A stretch of 64,000 bases of DNA, taken from positions 15,438,001 through 15,502,000 of the forward strand of contig NC_092674.1 in the NCBI RefSeq assembly GCF_964355755.1, read 5' to 3'. This DNA is from Antedon mediterranea (lineage: Eukaryota > Animalia > Echinodermata). A model generated the notes under the pieces. That model made no database searches, was not told the DNA's origin, and worked only from the letters and a program-made list of their open reading frames with translations. This document shows, piece after piece, positions 12,965-25,880 of this stretch. The position numbers were made by a program, and so were the translations under genes. How positions within the stretch are numbered: position 1 is the first letter of the stretch; the number at the start of each line of letters is the position of its first letter.

Positions 12965-13468
12965 TTGGACGTTAAGTCATCGAATTGCCAGAGTTAGCCC
13001 TGCCGTATGTAGGGCCTATTGATCTTTAGGCGACGTTCGCATATGCGTGGAAAGTGAAACGTGAGTATAACGTCTATTTTCAATAGCGTACAATAACGTA
13101 CAATATTATGTTATAATATAAATATAATTATTCCTGTCAATTTGATTTATATCTCAACCTTTTTAAAATGTGCAAAGATGAGTTAAATTTTAGGAATTGG
13201 TCTCACACCCCAGGTTGGATGTAGCCAATTTGCATTAACGTAGAGGTAAACCAATTATGGTAGAGGACATATACAATAGACATGCGCCCTTATCAATTGT
13301 ATTATTCTTTTCTGTATTGTAGTATCGTAACGTACCTTGAGTCAAAGATAAAAATAGCTCTCCACTTAATGTATTACATCGTCACCGCGTCTGATGTAAC
13401 ACATGTTATTACTGTACTCGACCGGAGACTATTTTAATGGCACAATACGAAACAATCCTTTAGAGAAT

Positions 13469-13599
13469 TTACGAATCTTCACATGCCCTATTTTTATTAT
13501 TAACATATTGATCGAACTCCGCTTTCCAATTTACCATGAACTTAGTACTCCAGTCATTGAATTCTGATTTCCATTGTATCTCAACTTCATCGATATTAC
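13469..13599 (-). CDS. ACHE: Acetylcholinesterase last coding exon, T-peptide/WAT tetramerisation domain
   Basis: Not in the ORF track. After the acceptor ttttgtttcaag (13600) it reads (G)NIDEVEIQWKSEFNDWSTKFMVNWKAEFDQYVNNKNRACEDS*, matching the vertebrate AChE-T/BChE tail pattern (3 Trp, C-terminal Cys). Phase 1 matches the upstream donor. Confidence 0.93.
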
Positions 13600-14181
13600 C
13601 TTGAAACAAAAATTAAAAAAACGCCATTAACTTTTCGTTCATACTGATATTTTAAGATACGGTGTCATATAAAAATAACCATCCATAACTTTTAATTTAA
13701 AAACATTGAACAGCAAATAACCATCTTTGACATACAAAACATTAGCAAAATAATCATCCATGGATATAACTGTATAGATGGCAGTTAACTTTGATATTAA
13801 CTTAATGTGTCTGTAATACATTTTTCCCATATATAAAATATGGTCTTGTTGTGCAACTTTCTAAATTGAACCAGGAAATAATAGGTTTAAACATGAGCTT
13901 TGATTTTATACCTCCATGGTTTAAATAATTAGGTTTCACGTTCCTATTTCAGTTGTTTTTTAAATAATAGGTCTACATACTAATGTTTAGTGCTCATGGA
14001 ATAACACAACTGACTTTTTTTTATAATTTATGACAAAATCAATTTTACAGTAAGATGACATTTTAGAATGACATGAAAGAAGTAAATTATTCTACTTTTT
14101 AAAATAAATTAGAATTTTTGAAAGCTAAAATAAATCTGATAAAAGAAGACGATAGATTTACACTTTACCTAATATTCTTAC

Positions 14182-14369
14182 CTGTTTTGACTTCTAATGT
14201 AGGAAGATAATTATCAAAGAACATGCAGTTATTTGCTCTTGGACCTCTGCCAACAATTGTCTTTCCTTCAACTAGGGATCCATTCAAAACTAGATACTCT
14301 AGTTTTTCAGAAGAATGAACCGGCCATATATTGTTTTCCATTTCGAAATCAGATTTCATATTTGGATTT
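14182..14369 (-). CDS. ACHE: Acetylcholinesterase second coding exon
   Basis: tttcag acceptor (14370) and GTAAG donor (14181). Encodes NPN...WP...EYLVLN...GPRANNCMFFDNYLPTL; phases (2 in, 1 out) fit both neighbours. Confidence 0.93.
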
Positions 14370-14995
14370 CTGAAACAAACAAAAAACATGTCAGTTCAAA
14401 AGGCAGAAAAAATTTTCTCTATCTTTTAAATTACAAACATTAAAACATACATATTGTGTGTTGAGAAATTACACTTTGAACATATTTTCATTTCATAGTA
14501 TTGTTCGGACCCGCTCTACCAACAACGACAGTAAATGGACACACGGCGGCCGGACAGTTAGTACTCGTTCTGTCTAGCTGGGATGAGAGAATATAAATGA
14601 TTATTTACTGTGACAAGCATGATAAATGCAATTTCCATTTACTTTGACAAGTGATAGGAATCTCTCATTGTATTATATTTTGAACGAGTTTTTACGTGAG
14701 TCATTTTGAATGAACCCTTTAACCAAGATTCATTGAATTGAGCAGCAAATTTTTTAAAATTACTTTTACACAATACTATAAATCATAACAGTAATTCTTT
14801 GTTTTATTATTATTTATGATTAAGTAAATATGATTGATTGAAAGATGTTTATAAACAATAAGCATATTTTAGTTAAGAGTGGTTTTGTAGAATATTTACG
14901 ATCTGTGACTGTGTTTCTTGAGGCATACATTTTAGCATGAATGTTGGGCGGATTATCTAATCTGTTATATATCATTGTCTAGATATCAAACTCAC

Positions 14996-16482
14996 CCTGT
15001 CCTAGCAAAATTGGCGTAGTAAGCCATCATTTGCCGACTTAACTGCTTGTCTTCGTCACTGAATCCATTTTCTTGATGAAGTGGTATCCCAAAAAAATAA
15101 GCAATTTCATCTCCATGTAACACCCCCATCCATTCTGGGAATGGACTATTCGAAGCCCGTTGAGTAAATCGATAATAATAAACACTTGAACTCCTATCAG
15201 CGTATGCTTTTGCTACTTGAAATGTGGGACAAATAAACTGATAGTCTCCTGCTGATTGGTCAATTCCATCACGAAGTTTTGCTTCATTGTCAGGTTCTAA
15301 CCAATCAGTATACTGGAATTGAATTGCGTCATGAGTAAATTCATTGGCAGTTGGCCAGCTGAATTCAATGGCCTCTCGAAATTGAGCTTTATTCAGTAAA
15401 CTTTCGGTGTCTTTACTAAATCCCGGAGTATCATAAATAAGAAAAAAATTTGCTTCGTTCGTGTTGCTACCAAAAATGACATCATGCTCTACAAAAGTTT
15501 GTTTTTTAATAGTTTCCTGAGGAGTTTCAGGAATAAGATTGCCGTCAATTACCGGCACAAATGGAAAATTGAGAAATTCTGTAGTAACCCACATGTTAGC
15601 TAATATATCCAGTACATTTCGTGATCGCAAGCAATTTACCATTTCATTTACATTGAAAGGATGACCAGTGCTACTTACAGTACAATCTAACGCATCAGCT
15701 AACTTTATTCCTCTACTGGTACCTTCTTCCTTAGTATAATATGCCCATGGGGACGTGGCTGTTGCGCTTTGCATTATAGCACGATTAAAAAGACCTTGAC
15801 TAATCGGAGAAAAGAGGTGAAAATTCACACTAGCAGAACCAGCACTCTCTGAAAATAATGTTACTTCACCTGGGTCTCCACCAAATCTAGCAATATTATC
15901 TTGGACCCACTGAAGTGCAAGGGCTTGGTCAAATAAGCCAGCATTTCCCGGTGCTTCATCCCCCATCGCTAAAAAGCCTATTGCTCCTAACCGATAATTC
16001 ATTGACACAACAATAACATTTTGTTCAGCAGCCAGTGTTTTGCCATCATATACATCAAGTGATGCAACACCACCAAAATAACTTCCACCATATATCCATA
16101 CCATCACTGCGGCGCCAATAGGTCGTGGATACGGTACCCATACATTTAAATTTAAACAGTCTTCATCGAGCTCCACATTAGGATTCCACATTTCGGTTCC
16201 TTCAAATCCTGGAAAATAAATATCAGGTAACTGCATGCAACCAAAGCCATATGCTGTCGCATTAAACGTTTTTAACCATGCTTGTTTTTTCACAGGTTCT
16301 TTAAAACGATTGTTTCCAACAGGTGCTTCAGCGTAAGGTATCCCGAGAAATACATCAACTGAGTGTTCGAAAACATTTATACGCTTTCCCAGAATATTTC
16401 CTTCATTTGTTTCTTGATAAACATCTTCACTTGCTACAATACTTATTAACAAAAGGCAAACTGTCACGTTTACAGCAAACAT
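14996..16482 (-). CDS. ACHE: Acetylcholinesterase large first coding exon (signal peptide plus most of the catalytic domain)
   Basis: Signal peptide, FLGIPYAEAP, EMWNPN (W84), EDCLNLNVW, FSESAG (catalytic Ser), NEANFFLIY (Glu) and WMGVLHGDEI (His). GG|GTGAGT donor at 14995; acceptor (T)n-acag at 16491, 8 nt before the ATG. The spliced CDS is 1806 nt = 601 aa. Confidence 0.95.
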
Positions 16483-19400
16483 GCTGGCTTCTGTAAAAAA
16501 AAAAATATATATATATATGAGATATTAAAAAATGATTATAGGCGTGGAATAATTTCTTTCTGCATCCCTAATTTACCATCGCCGCCGCTTTTGTTTTGTT
16601 TCATTATACCCTTTGCAACTATATTTGTTCATGCTTCACAAATTACCATATTTTATTTGTGTTACACAGTTTCTTTGAAAATAAGCGCAGGTTTGTTTTT
16701 GTGTGGGGATAGTTCAAAACAGTAAAATTCCTATTTTTTGTACACAAATGTTGTAAATAGAGAGGTAGGCATTAAAACAAAATATGGAAATAAAACGTGT
16801 GGTAAACATTCAGATCAGATGACTAAATACGCAACATAACTTAAATATTACGTTTCTGCTAGTGTTCAACTTTATATTTCAAATATCCACAATTATTATA
16901 CACACAAACTTTTTTTTTAACTTTCTATGGAGTTACCAGATATTAGTATTACAACTACCGAAAAAGGGGTATGTCAAATTCTGTATTTTACCATTTTAAA
17001 GGGAAATTTATGTTTTTTCGTCGTGATTTCTCTTAAACATATTTGATTTATGTACAATTAACCAGATATTATATGTAAAATTCATGCCTGCATCTGAGCT
17101 TTAACATTAAAAAGATACAATATCTGTATTTCCGAATAAATGGCAGTATGGCGCGCCGGACGTTGTTCTCTGTATAAATGAATAATTTCGCTTCACGTAA
17201 AATAGGACTAACACGCCCTCACACACTAGTACTCACTAGCTCATAGAATAATAAATGTAAAGTGGTTGATGGATAAGGTGATTCGTAGCGTATTATTAAC
17301 TACAGTACATATTCGTTGTAAATGTCAATACAGAACAAACTATTTCCATAATTTTCTTTAGTAGTAGGCCTAATCCATGAATACTAACTATACAGATCAA
17401 TCGGTGTTGTTTTCAGTGTCTAAAAAGGTAAAATCGGATTACGTTACGGATACAACGCATAAATCATGGATGAATGAAGTTGAAATATCATTTGAGCCCA
17501 CAGCACATTCAGAATAGATTTCATAATGTTCAAATCCAAAATAATTTTGAATAAAATTATGTATTGCTAATTTTTTAAGGAATACGAAACATACTGTATG
17601 TTTAAAGCAATGTAAATGCTAGCATAGTTGGGACATCCCAGAAAATGTGAGTTGTATAATAATAATAATAATATATAATTAAATAAAGTCTCAACATGTT
17701 GGCATATTGTGTCTTTTAGATTTCTTGCTTTGTATGCGGTATGATAAAAAGATAGACATTAAGTTTAAATTAAATTAGAAGATCATTATTCATATTTTAA
17801 TATTTAATGTGAATTGCACTATAGAAAGAAAGTCTCTTTTAATTTGACGAAAGATTGCAACGCTCAGTTGTTTCAATATTGGTGTCAACAGGCGTGTTTT
17901 TGTTAACATTTTCGATAGCCTCCACTCACTCACTCACTTACTGTACTTACTAGAAATTTATAAAAAAAGGATTTGATATGGATTCATTATAGAAATGGGC
18001 GGATCTTTGAAAAGTGTATCTCGTTTGATACTGAAGACCTCTCTGAGGAACTATTAGTATATGCATATTTAAATTTTTCTTATGTGTCTTATTATTATTT
18101 CCATAATAAGGAATGATAAGATTATAGTGACCTTACAAAATTGCTAGTAGGCATAGGTATACAAACCTCTGAATCTCATAAAATAGTGAAGTCTTTTAAA
18201 AAAGGGTTGGAAAGCGGCCATTCATAGAAATTATTTATTAGAAATAGAAGGTATAGCTTATTTCATCTGTATTATATTTAATTAAAGAGATGGAAAATGG
18301 TTTGATGTTATTATCGCTGTATCCAAAATACTATACACGTATAGGCCTACGTCACTCGGAAACATTGTTTTAATCAGCAATCAATTAGTGAGGTTTGCTA
18401 TTGATTTTTGTTTATAATGTTATCTGAAGGCTCGTTCATATCATTATTTTGGTAGTCTTGAACAATATCAATTTGAAGAAGAGTTAATTTGATTTGAAGA
18501 AAGGGCAGTTTTGTTGTAAATCCGAATCATTCGATTTTATACTGAATATTAGACCAAACTACACATGATAAATTATTTCCCAACGCCCTTAAACATAAAA
18601 CTACTTTGATATTACGCTTAACTAAGGAATGTGAATACTGTATACGTTTTATTCAAGTAGCTATATAATGCATCCTATACTCGGTATGTCTACCGCAAAC
18701 GGATTTTCATTCATTATAATCACGCACTGTATTTAGTTTATGTTTAGTTATCTTGGTCAAGTCAAGTTATAAACCAAAATATATTTAAAATGGCGGCCAT
18801 ATTGAAATTTAACATGGCGGCAACTTTAATAACAATATATTTGGAACCCCCAGTTTATGAAACAATTTTTAAAGTCAAGTTATAAGAGCCAAAATATGAA
18901 AATCTGGACTAGTCTAATAAAAACCTACACTTATTTGAGAGGCTACCGACAATAGGCTATTCGCATAATACCTGATACACAATTTCTCGTACCGTTGAAA
19001 TTACTTTATACTTTGAAGTTGGTGAGCTTATCTCCGACATTACTATATACACTGTATACAGTAGGCCTACTACTATAATTTTAAAAATTGAAATGAAATA
19101 GGAAATGGAGGACTAAACAAAGTGGTACACAGTATTTGCAATTGACAATTTAATTAGGCGTCACGTGGTAATAAATCAACTGCCATTAAGAGCGATATAG
19201 ATGAATGATTTGAGCCATGTGTACAAATCATGTAAGCCTATCGTCAAATGTACTCTACTTACGTGTGTACAGGTATAGTTATGTGACTAGAATACATGCC
19301 ATGTTCCTACAATGAACGTTTCAAGATAATAATCCTCCTGTAACTCAACCAAATACGAGATTCGGTGTAAATGTTTATAATTTTGTAATGTAAACACCAA

Positions 19401-19547
19401 AAGTCACACTTTGATTATCAGTAGACGTTTTTGGCCAAAAATGTTTTTGGTTAGCGGTACACGTTAAAACGGTTAATTTCAAGTGCAGCATTAATTAGTA
19501 CTTTTTTCATCAAAGCGTTTAGGCCTAACTAATGTTTTCTTGTTCGA

Positions 19548-19666
19548 AATAACTAGTAGTAGGCCTAGTTAGCTATAATAACTAGTAGTAGGCCTAGTTC
19601 CCTATAATAACTAGTAGTAGGCCTAGTTAGCTATAATAACTAGTAGTAGGCCTAGTTCGCTATAAT
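19548..19666. repeat. 29-bp minisatellite x4 with AACTAG...CTAGTT palindromic core
   Basis: Unit aataactagtagtaggcctagttagctat. Confidence 0.92.
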
Positions 19667-22600
19667 ACTGCACACAGTATATTACTTGAAGATGCTTCAA
19701 ATCTAACATTCCATAAAAAACTATGGAGAAAATGTTGTAAATTATTGATTGGCAAAATTAGATTAGATCAGATTAATTAATTAATTAATCGGTATCGAAA
19801 GCTACATACTGGTTTGTATTATCATATATTGAAATTGGCCTACGTTATAGCATCCACAACATTATGTTGTATAATTAAACGGCGCAAGGTAGTGAGGTTA
19901 TTGTATCCGAATAGACTGTACTGATCTGCATGTTTCAGAAATACTATCTCAGAGCCGATACTATAAAGAATTTTGACAGAAATAATGACAATACGTTGGG
20001 GCTTCCCTGGAGCGATGCAATTAATCAATGAACAGCACTTGTACAAAGTGTATGTCAACCTAGTTCATTTATCAATCACCTCCTATAATGAACTTTCATT
20101 TCAGTCATTTAATAGATGTATTGAATAAAGAAGAACAATGTAAATATAATTTTTGGTACAACAATATCGAAATGTTTTAACGTGATGACTGCATTTAATA
20201 ACACTAATTACGATAGTAATGTCGCATATAGTACATTCGGTCGCTTATTGATTGCGCAAACAAATTCAGCAGCCTGTGCATGTGTGAAGCTCTAAGTAAA
20301 AATAGATATGTGTCAACTAACGCTATAGTAGTGATCCAATGGGTCGTAGTGACAACGGGCGCAGCTTGAATACCGACTAAGCTTTGATGTGAACCGAATT
20401 CTTGTCTTATAAGCTATGAGGACGTCGAACGTAAAGAACTTTGGCATTTTGCAATTAGTGATCCAACTGTTCGTACGCCACTCTATCATCCAGCTGCATT
20501 CCGCTGCAAATTTCTAATTGGCTAATTGTATCCTCCGCATGTTCCAATAAGTCTAAACCGTCTTTAATGAACACTGATAATTCGTATATATATACTTAAT
20601 ATTCTATGGTAGGTAGAAATAACATGTCTACTGGATACACTACATAATAATAGGTCTATGTTATAGAATTATCGGTACCCATTGTAGTGATTTCGGTGAG
20701 TTTTTAATTCAAGGCTAATTTAAGAATAAGAATTATTAGAAATAAATTACAGGAAAGCTGATTGCTATACATACATTTCAATTTACTCTTCGGAAATTCG
20801 AACTGATTTATTGTAAACAATACGGCAATATAGCGTATCAGATTATACAGTACATGTGAAGTATATCGGAGCAAATGTTTTATAGCGACCATAATAACAG
20901 GGATAGTGTAAAAAAGGAGTAATGGAAGTTATAGTAATAACAAATATTAATACATATAAAAAAAAAGAATTGTCGAAAGGAATGCATACATACCAAAAAA
21001 GTACATCTTCCGAATCCAAATGTTCATTAATTCCGATGTATGTTTGGAGCGTCTAGTCCAACGCTTATGTTGAGTGAGAAAACAACTGATTTAGCAACTA
21101 TATTGATATGTTCTTTTACCTTTCAGTTGAGTTGATCATTAAAAGAATTAAACACAACTTGGCGGCGGCAGCGCAGTCAGACTTAAAAAAAACAGGTTCG
21201 GTTTGTTATATTGTGTGACGATAATAGCCAATTCATAGGGTACTATCACTGAACATTCATTCGGTGAAAATACATTGCTTCATCGTTTCTGCTAAAGTCA
21301 ACAATGTATTAAGCCTATAGGTTTAATAAACAAATCCGTGATAACTTGCATCACAAACGCGATCAGAATGATATGTTCCAAAAAATGGGCAAATCTATCA
21401 ATGTAGATAATAATTATATTGTGAGGGCCAGGATTTGGAAATCGAAGAGGGCGGTATACTAAGCAATTTTCAGACAAGGTTGAATCAGAAAGTCATGGTT
21501 GTATTGACAATTGGGGGTGACAATGTGAGATTATTTTGAATTATCTACAATTAGAGTGTCAAGATTTAATAAAACATTTTCAGCAGTGTTTTCATTCTTT
21601 TATTTAAAGGGCAAACCGGCATTATTGGGTCATGGTACTACTCAATATCATTAATTTCAAACAGACAAAAGCTGACTAAAATTGACATCAATTTTAGCTC
21701 TATTAAAAAAGTATATTATTTTACATAAGTAACGTTTCAAGGTTGAATTTTAATGCTGGATTAGGCACAGGTAACTGAATACAGGTGCGTTATTATCCCA
21801 CGATTCCATGTATCAAATCATCCGAATCGGTTTAGAAAATCAAAGTACTAGGCTTAAACGGATAATGTGTACTTCCGACACTCTTTCCATTACAGCCTAT
21901 TATTCTTGCAACCCACTTATTTTCAAAAAGTATCAAAAATTGACTGTAATACTATAAACGCGTTCAACCACATTTGTAGAGTCTAAAATACAAAACACAT
22001 AGAACGATGAACTGTACAATAAGAAATAAACTACTATACATTTGGGAATAAAACACTGTTGAGATTATATGTAGTTACTCTAACAAAATTGTATCTCTGG
22101 TCACCTATCTTTTATGTGCAAAAAGCAAAAAACTCATTTAGCATTGTATTATGGGTGAGCCTAAAATGTAGGCTATACTCGAATGTAATCCTATAAACAC
22201 AAATTATATTCTGAAACTCCACATTATCCTCTCAACGAAATATTGAAACGGAAAGTATAAATCTGTCATTATATTGTGATATATTCAAAACCAAGTTCTA
22301 TTACCGCAGTATCAATAACACCGGCTATCACAGAGCGGGTTGCTGTGAGGCTATAATTTCACACCAATGCAGACGTAACTTGTAGGCCTACTATAATTTG
22401 GATTTCAAATGTCCGCCCAGTAGTGGATCAACACATATCATTTAGAATAAACCGAAAGAAAACTCACAATTGACGAGTCAGTTTTAATTAATATTATTAT
22501 CCGTTGTCAATCCTCAACCACAGTAAGAAACTGTATCCGTTATATTAAATATCACTCACCGAAATAATATTATGTTGTATCCTTGAAAAGTTTTGATACC

Positions 22601-23253
22601 AGCACTATTATGAGAGCGCTTCTTATTTAAGCATAGGCCTATATTACCAAAATAACCACGTAGGCCTAAGTGATTCCATTCACTATCCTTCTCAAATGTG
22701 ACAATTATACAAACACAAGGTATACAAGATGCAGATAGGCGTAAAAGCTATTTTTGTCATAGGGAAAAAATCCCGGCTTTTTCTGAGTGGATTTGAACCC
22801 TGGAACCTGATATTAGTAGACGTGCATCTTAACAACTCCACTTAACTAATAATGTCATTATTAGTGAATTAAATGATGTGTATGATGATGTAAATCAAGC
22901 ATTATTAAGCAGTGCCTACGTTTGCTAGGTTGAATATTTTAAAGCACTGGAGAGGGACACATCAGCCACCGATTATTAAACGCAAATTGACTTTGTGGGA
23001 AAGTATGATTGCGTTAGAAGCGTACTGTATAGTATTATACCGTAGGCCTACTGTAATAATATGTGAAAGTGAATGTATCGTTTAGCTGTAAGTCGCTTAC
23101 TACCTGCGGACTATTACGAATATCAAATGATGTCATTAACGTGTATATCATCCAAACGAGCGTTTTAAATGTGCAGTCTTCTGCTGTCCATTATGGCGAG
23201 AGTTGCAAGTCACTATAGTCCTCTTACAAAAGATTTCAAATGATTATAAGTGG

Positions 23254-23335
23254 GGATGAGGATGATTATGAGGATGATGATGATGATGACGACGATGATG
23301 ATGGAGATGACGACGACGATGATTACAATGATGAT
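23254..23335. repeat. Degenerate (GAT/GAC)n microsatellite
   Basis: Direct reading. Confidence 0.85.
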
Positions 23336-23857
23336 TAGCCTATAATACAAATTATTAAGTACAATTGGAGTAATACAAAAGAATGCATGAATTAGGCCTA
23401 AGTAATAAGTTAAAATCTGGTTATAAGTTGTTTGAGTTAGCAACAGTGCAAGTGCAATTTTTATTATTTTCCGGAATTTATAAGATTTCGCATTGCTGAC
23501 CAAGTCATTGCCTTGCTTCACCTTAAAACAACAACCTTATTGCCTTTTTATTATGAGAATGACATGAACGTAATTTTAAATCATTAAATCTCTCTGTTGA
23601 TACTGAATTTATGGAATAATGGCATGTTAGTGGGTTTTTACACACAGCTGAATATGTTGAATCATTTAATTTAATGGCAGTTTAGTAGGAACTGACCATT
23701 CAACAATCTTATTTAAATCATTTTTTAACAATCTTCTAAACCAGGAATAGGACTTGAAATAAGAATTATTATAATCAGCAAATTGACAAATTGAATTCAC
23801 CCGCAAACGGGCTACGAACTTCCATCTCCTCTATAACAAAATGATAAAGCAAACGCT

Positions 23858-23957
23858 TATGTGGCAGGCCTATGTGGCAGGGCTATGTTATGTGGCAGGG
23901 CTATGTGGCAGGGCTATGTGGCAGGCCTATGTGGCAGGGCTATGTGGCAGGCCTATG
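23858..23957. repeat. 13-bp minisatellite (TATGTGGCAGGSC) x7
   Basis: Direct reading. Confidence 0.92.
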
Positions 23958-24904
23958 TTTTCAAAGGTTAGAAGAAGAATATAAGAAAATAACAACTATT
24001 GCTTAAGTCACTAATTCTACATTTTGAGTCAGGAATAAAAGCTTTTGTCAATAACAATCCAGTACGGTGCCCTATTCAAATCGATTATCTTATAATCAGG
24101 GAAGAGGGAAATTAACTCTTCCCGGCTTATTATAATAAATTCTTGGATTCCCGAGTAATATTGTTTATTTATTCGTGTAGGCCTACATAAAGGATTCTCG
24201 ACTCGATAACTGGTGTTAAAGACACTATAACTGTTTATGTCTCCCTTTGGTTTGCCATGCTTTTTATATACTGACTTTGTATTGAATGTAAAGCTAAGAA
24301 CGTAGAAAGATATCAGATCGTAAAATCTAAGCGTTAACCAATAAAAGGTTTTGCTCATTCATAAAATCTGTGTAACGAGACCAAAAAGAGATTTTCATTA
24401 ATATATGCTTAGTCGGCTTTTAGCGTATTTTGTAGGAAATATCTAATTCGATTAGATGTACATCTACGATTTCCGTTGATAAACTACTTGACACGCAGAT
24501 AATGACCCGTTGACCTATCTGATATTTCAAGTTCATCAACGGAGTACATACTTAAGATACGGATTTATGACACTAATCTTTACGATGGTTGGATATACGT
24601 TAATATCAAATTTCTTGGTACAGGAATGATGCGATCTTAAGCTTGTATCTCTTGATGATGCCGAGATGGGCGAGTGTTTGTACCATCAACAAAATATATT
24701 TGTCATGGAACAAAAATTAAGTGAACATAACAAAATCAACACAAATTACTGAACTAATATTATAGTAAATTAATAATGTTAATAGTAAATAAAATGATCC
24801 ATCCCAATTCTAATAGTAAACAGAATGAGGTCAAACTTATTTTTATTACAGGCATAATCATATTTTTGTCGTTAATAAGATTTTATAAATTATTTAAACT
24901 CAGT

Positions 24905-25195
24905 TGGCGGGAGGTAGTGGTTACAAAGAGAGGTGGTCGCTTACGAGATGTGGTCGATTATGGAAAGCGGTCCTTTATGAGAGGTGGGCGTTTATAGAGG
25001 TTGTCGATTATCTGAAGCGGTCCCTTACGAGAGAAGGTGAGTGGTCACTTTACGAGAGGTGGTCGATTATAAGACGCGGTCCCTTACGAGAGGAGGTGAG
25101 TGATCACTACGCATGGTAGTCAATTATAAGACGCGGTCCCTTACGAGAGGTGTTTGTCGTTTAAGAGAGGTGATCGATTATGAGAAGCGGTCCTT
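24905..25195. repeat. Degenerate ~22-bp tandem array (GAGAGGTGGTCGCTTAC-like), probable subterminal repeats of a DNA-transposon MITE
   Basis: Repeated gagaggtggtcg / gcggtcccttacga units. Confidence 0.7.
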
Positions 25196-25342
25196 TAAAG
25201 ATGTATTGTCCACCTGAAAAATTATTATTACAATGTTTTGTTGAATATGCCATTTTAATGTCACATAATAGTTGGTCAAAAAAGAGAAATTGGATGAAAA
25301 CAATTTATATTTACCTGAAAAAAATTGGCTGCCAGCCAATGG
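25195..25342 (+). mobile_element. Second solo left end of the Kolobok-like element (internally deleted)
   Basis: TTAA-AGATGTATTGTCCACCTGAA is identical to the terminus at 37454. Confidence 0.8.
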
Positions 25343-25479
25343 GTCTAGCAAAAGATCTGGAATTGTTTTAATACTGAAGTAAAGCATTACATTCAAAATA
25401 AGTGTTACTGTTTTAAAGCTCAGTATAAATGGGGGAGGGGGGGGGGGGCGGATATATAGGAAAATCTTTCTACTATCTT

Positions 25480-25880
25480 GGACTTGCACTGTGTATGGAC
25501 TCTAACCTTACGGTTGTCATCAAATACATCATTTCATGCTATCCATTCTAAATATCTTATTCTCAAACTTTTGCATTCTTCTCATTCATTTTATCCATTT
25601 TAGTCTTGGTAAAAAGAAAGAGTATTTTATATTCTTCCCCTGAGTTTATAGCCTCTCTAAACAGAATAGAATAATGACCAATTTCATAAGTACGTTTGTA
25701 ATCAATTTTTACCGTTTTTTTATTGTCAATTTATATATTTTAATTAATATTGTATATACAAAAATGTAAATGAAGGCAAATGTGGTTGGTAACATCAAAA
25801 TCAATCATTTTATGTTTATATAGTATAAGCTATATTAATGTATGGGACCTACTTTTAACTGTATCATAAATAAGAGAATG
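25480..25880. mobile_element. Interspersed repeat, second copy at ~47745-48180
   Basis: gacttgcac.gtgtat.gactctaaccttacggtt...ccattctaaatatcttatt...cccctgagtttatagcctctcta is shared by both copies. Confidence 0.8.

Noticed and set aside
13639-13830. 63-aa ORF in the AChE intron as an alternative GPI (H) exon
   Set aside because: No convincing in-phase acceptor or hydrophobic GPI signal; it is built from a degenerate short repeat.
23213-23521. 102-aa ORF with a poly-Ile/Val transmembrane-like stretch
   Set aside because: Artefact of the (GAT)n microsatellite read on the minus strand.
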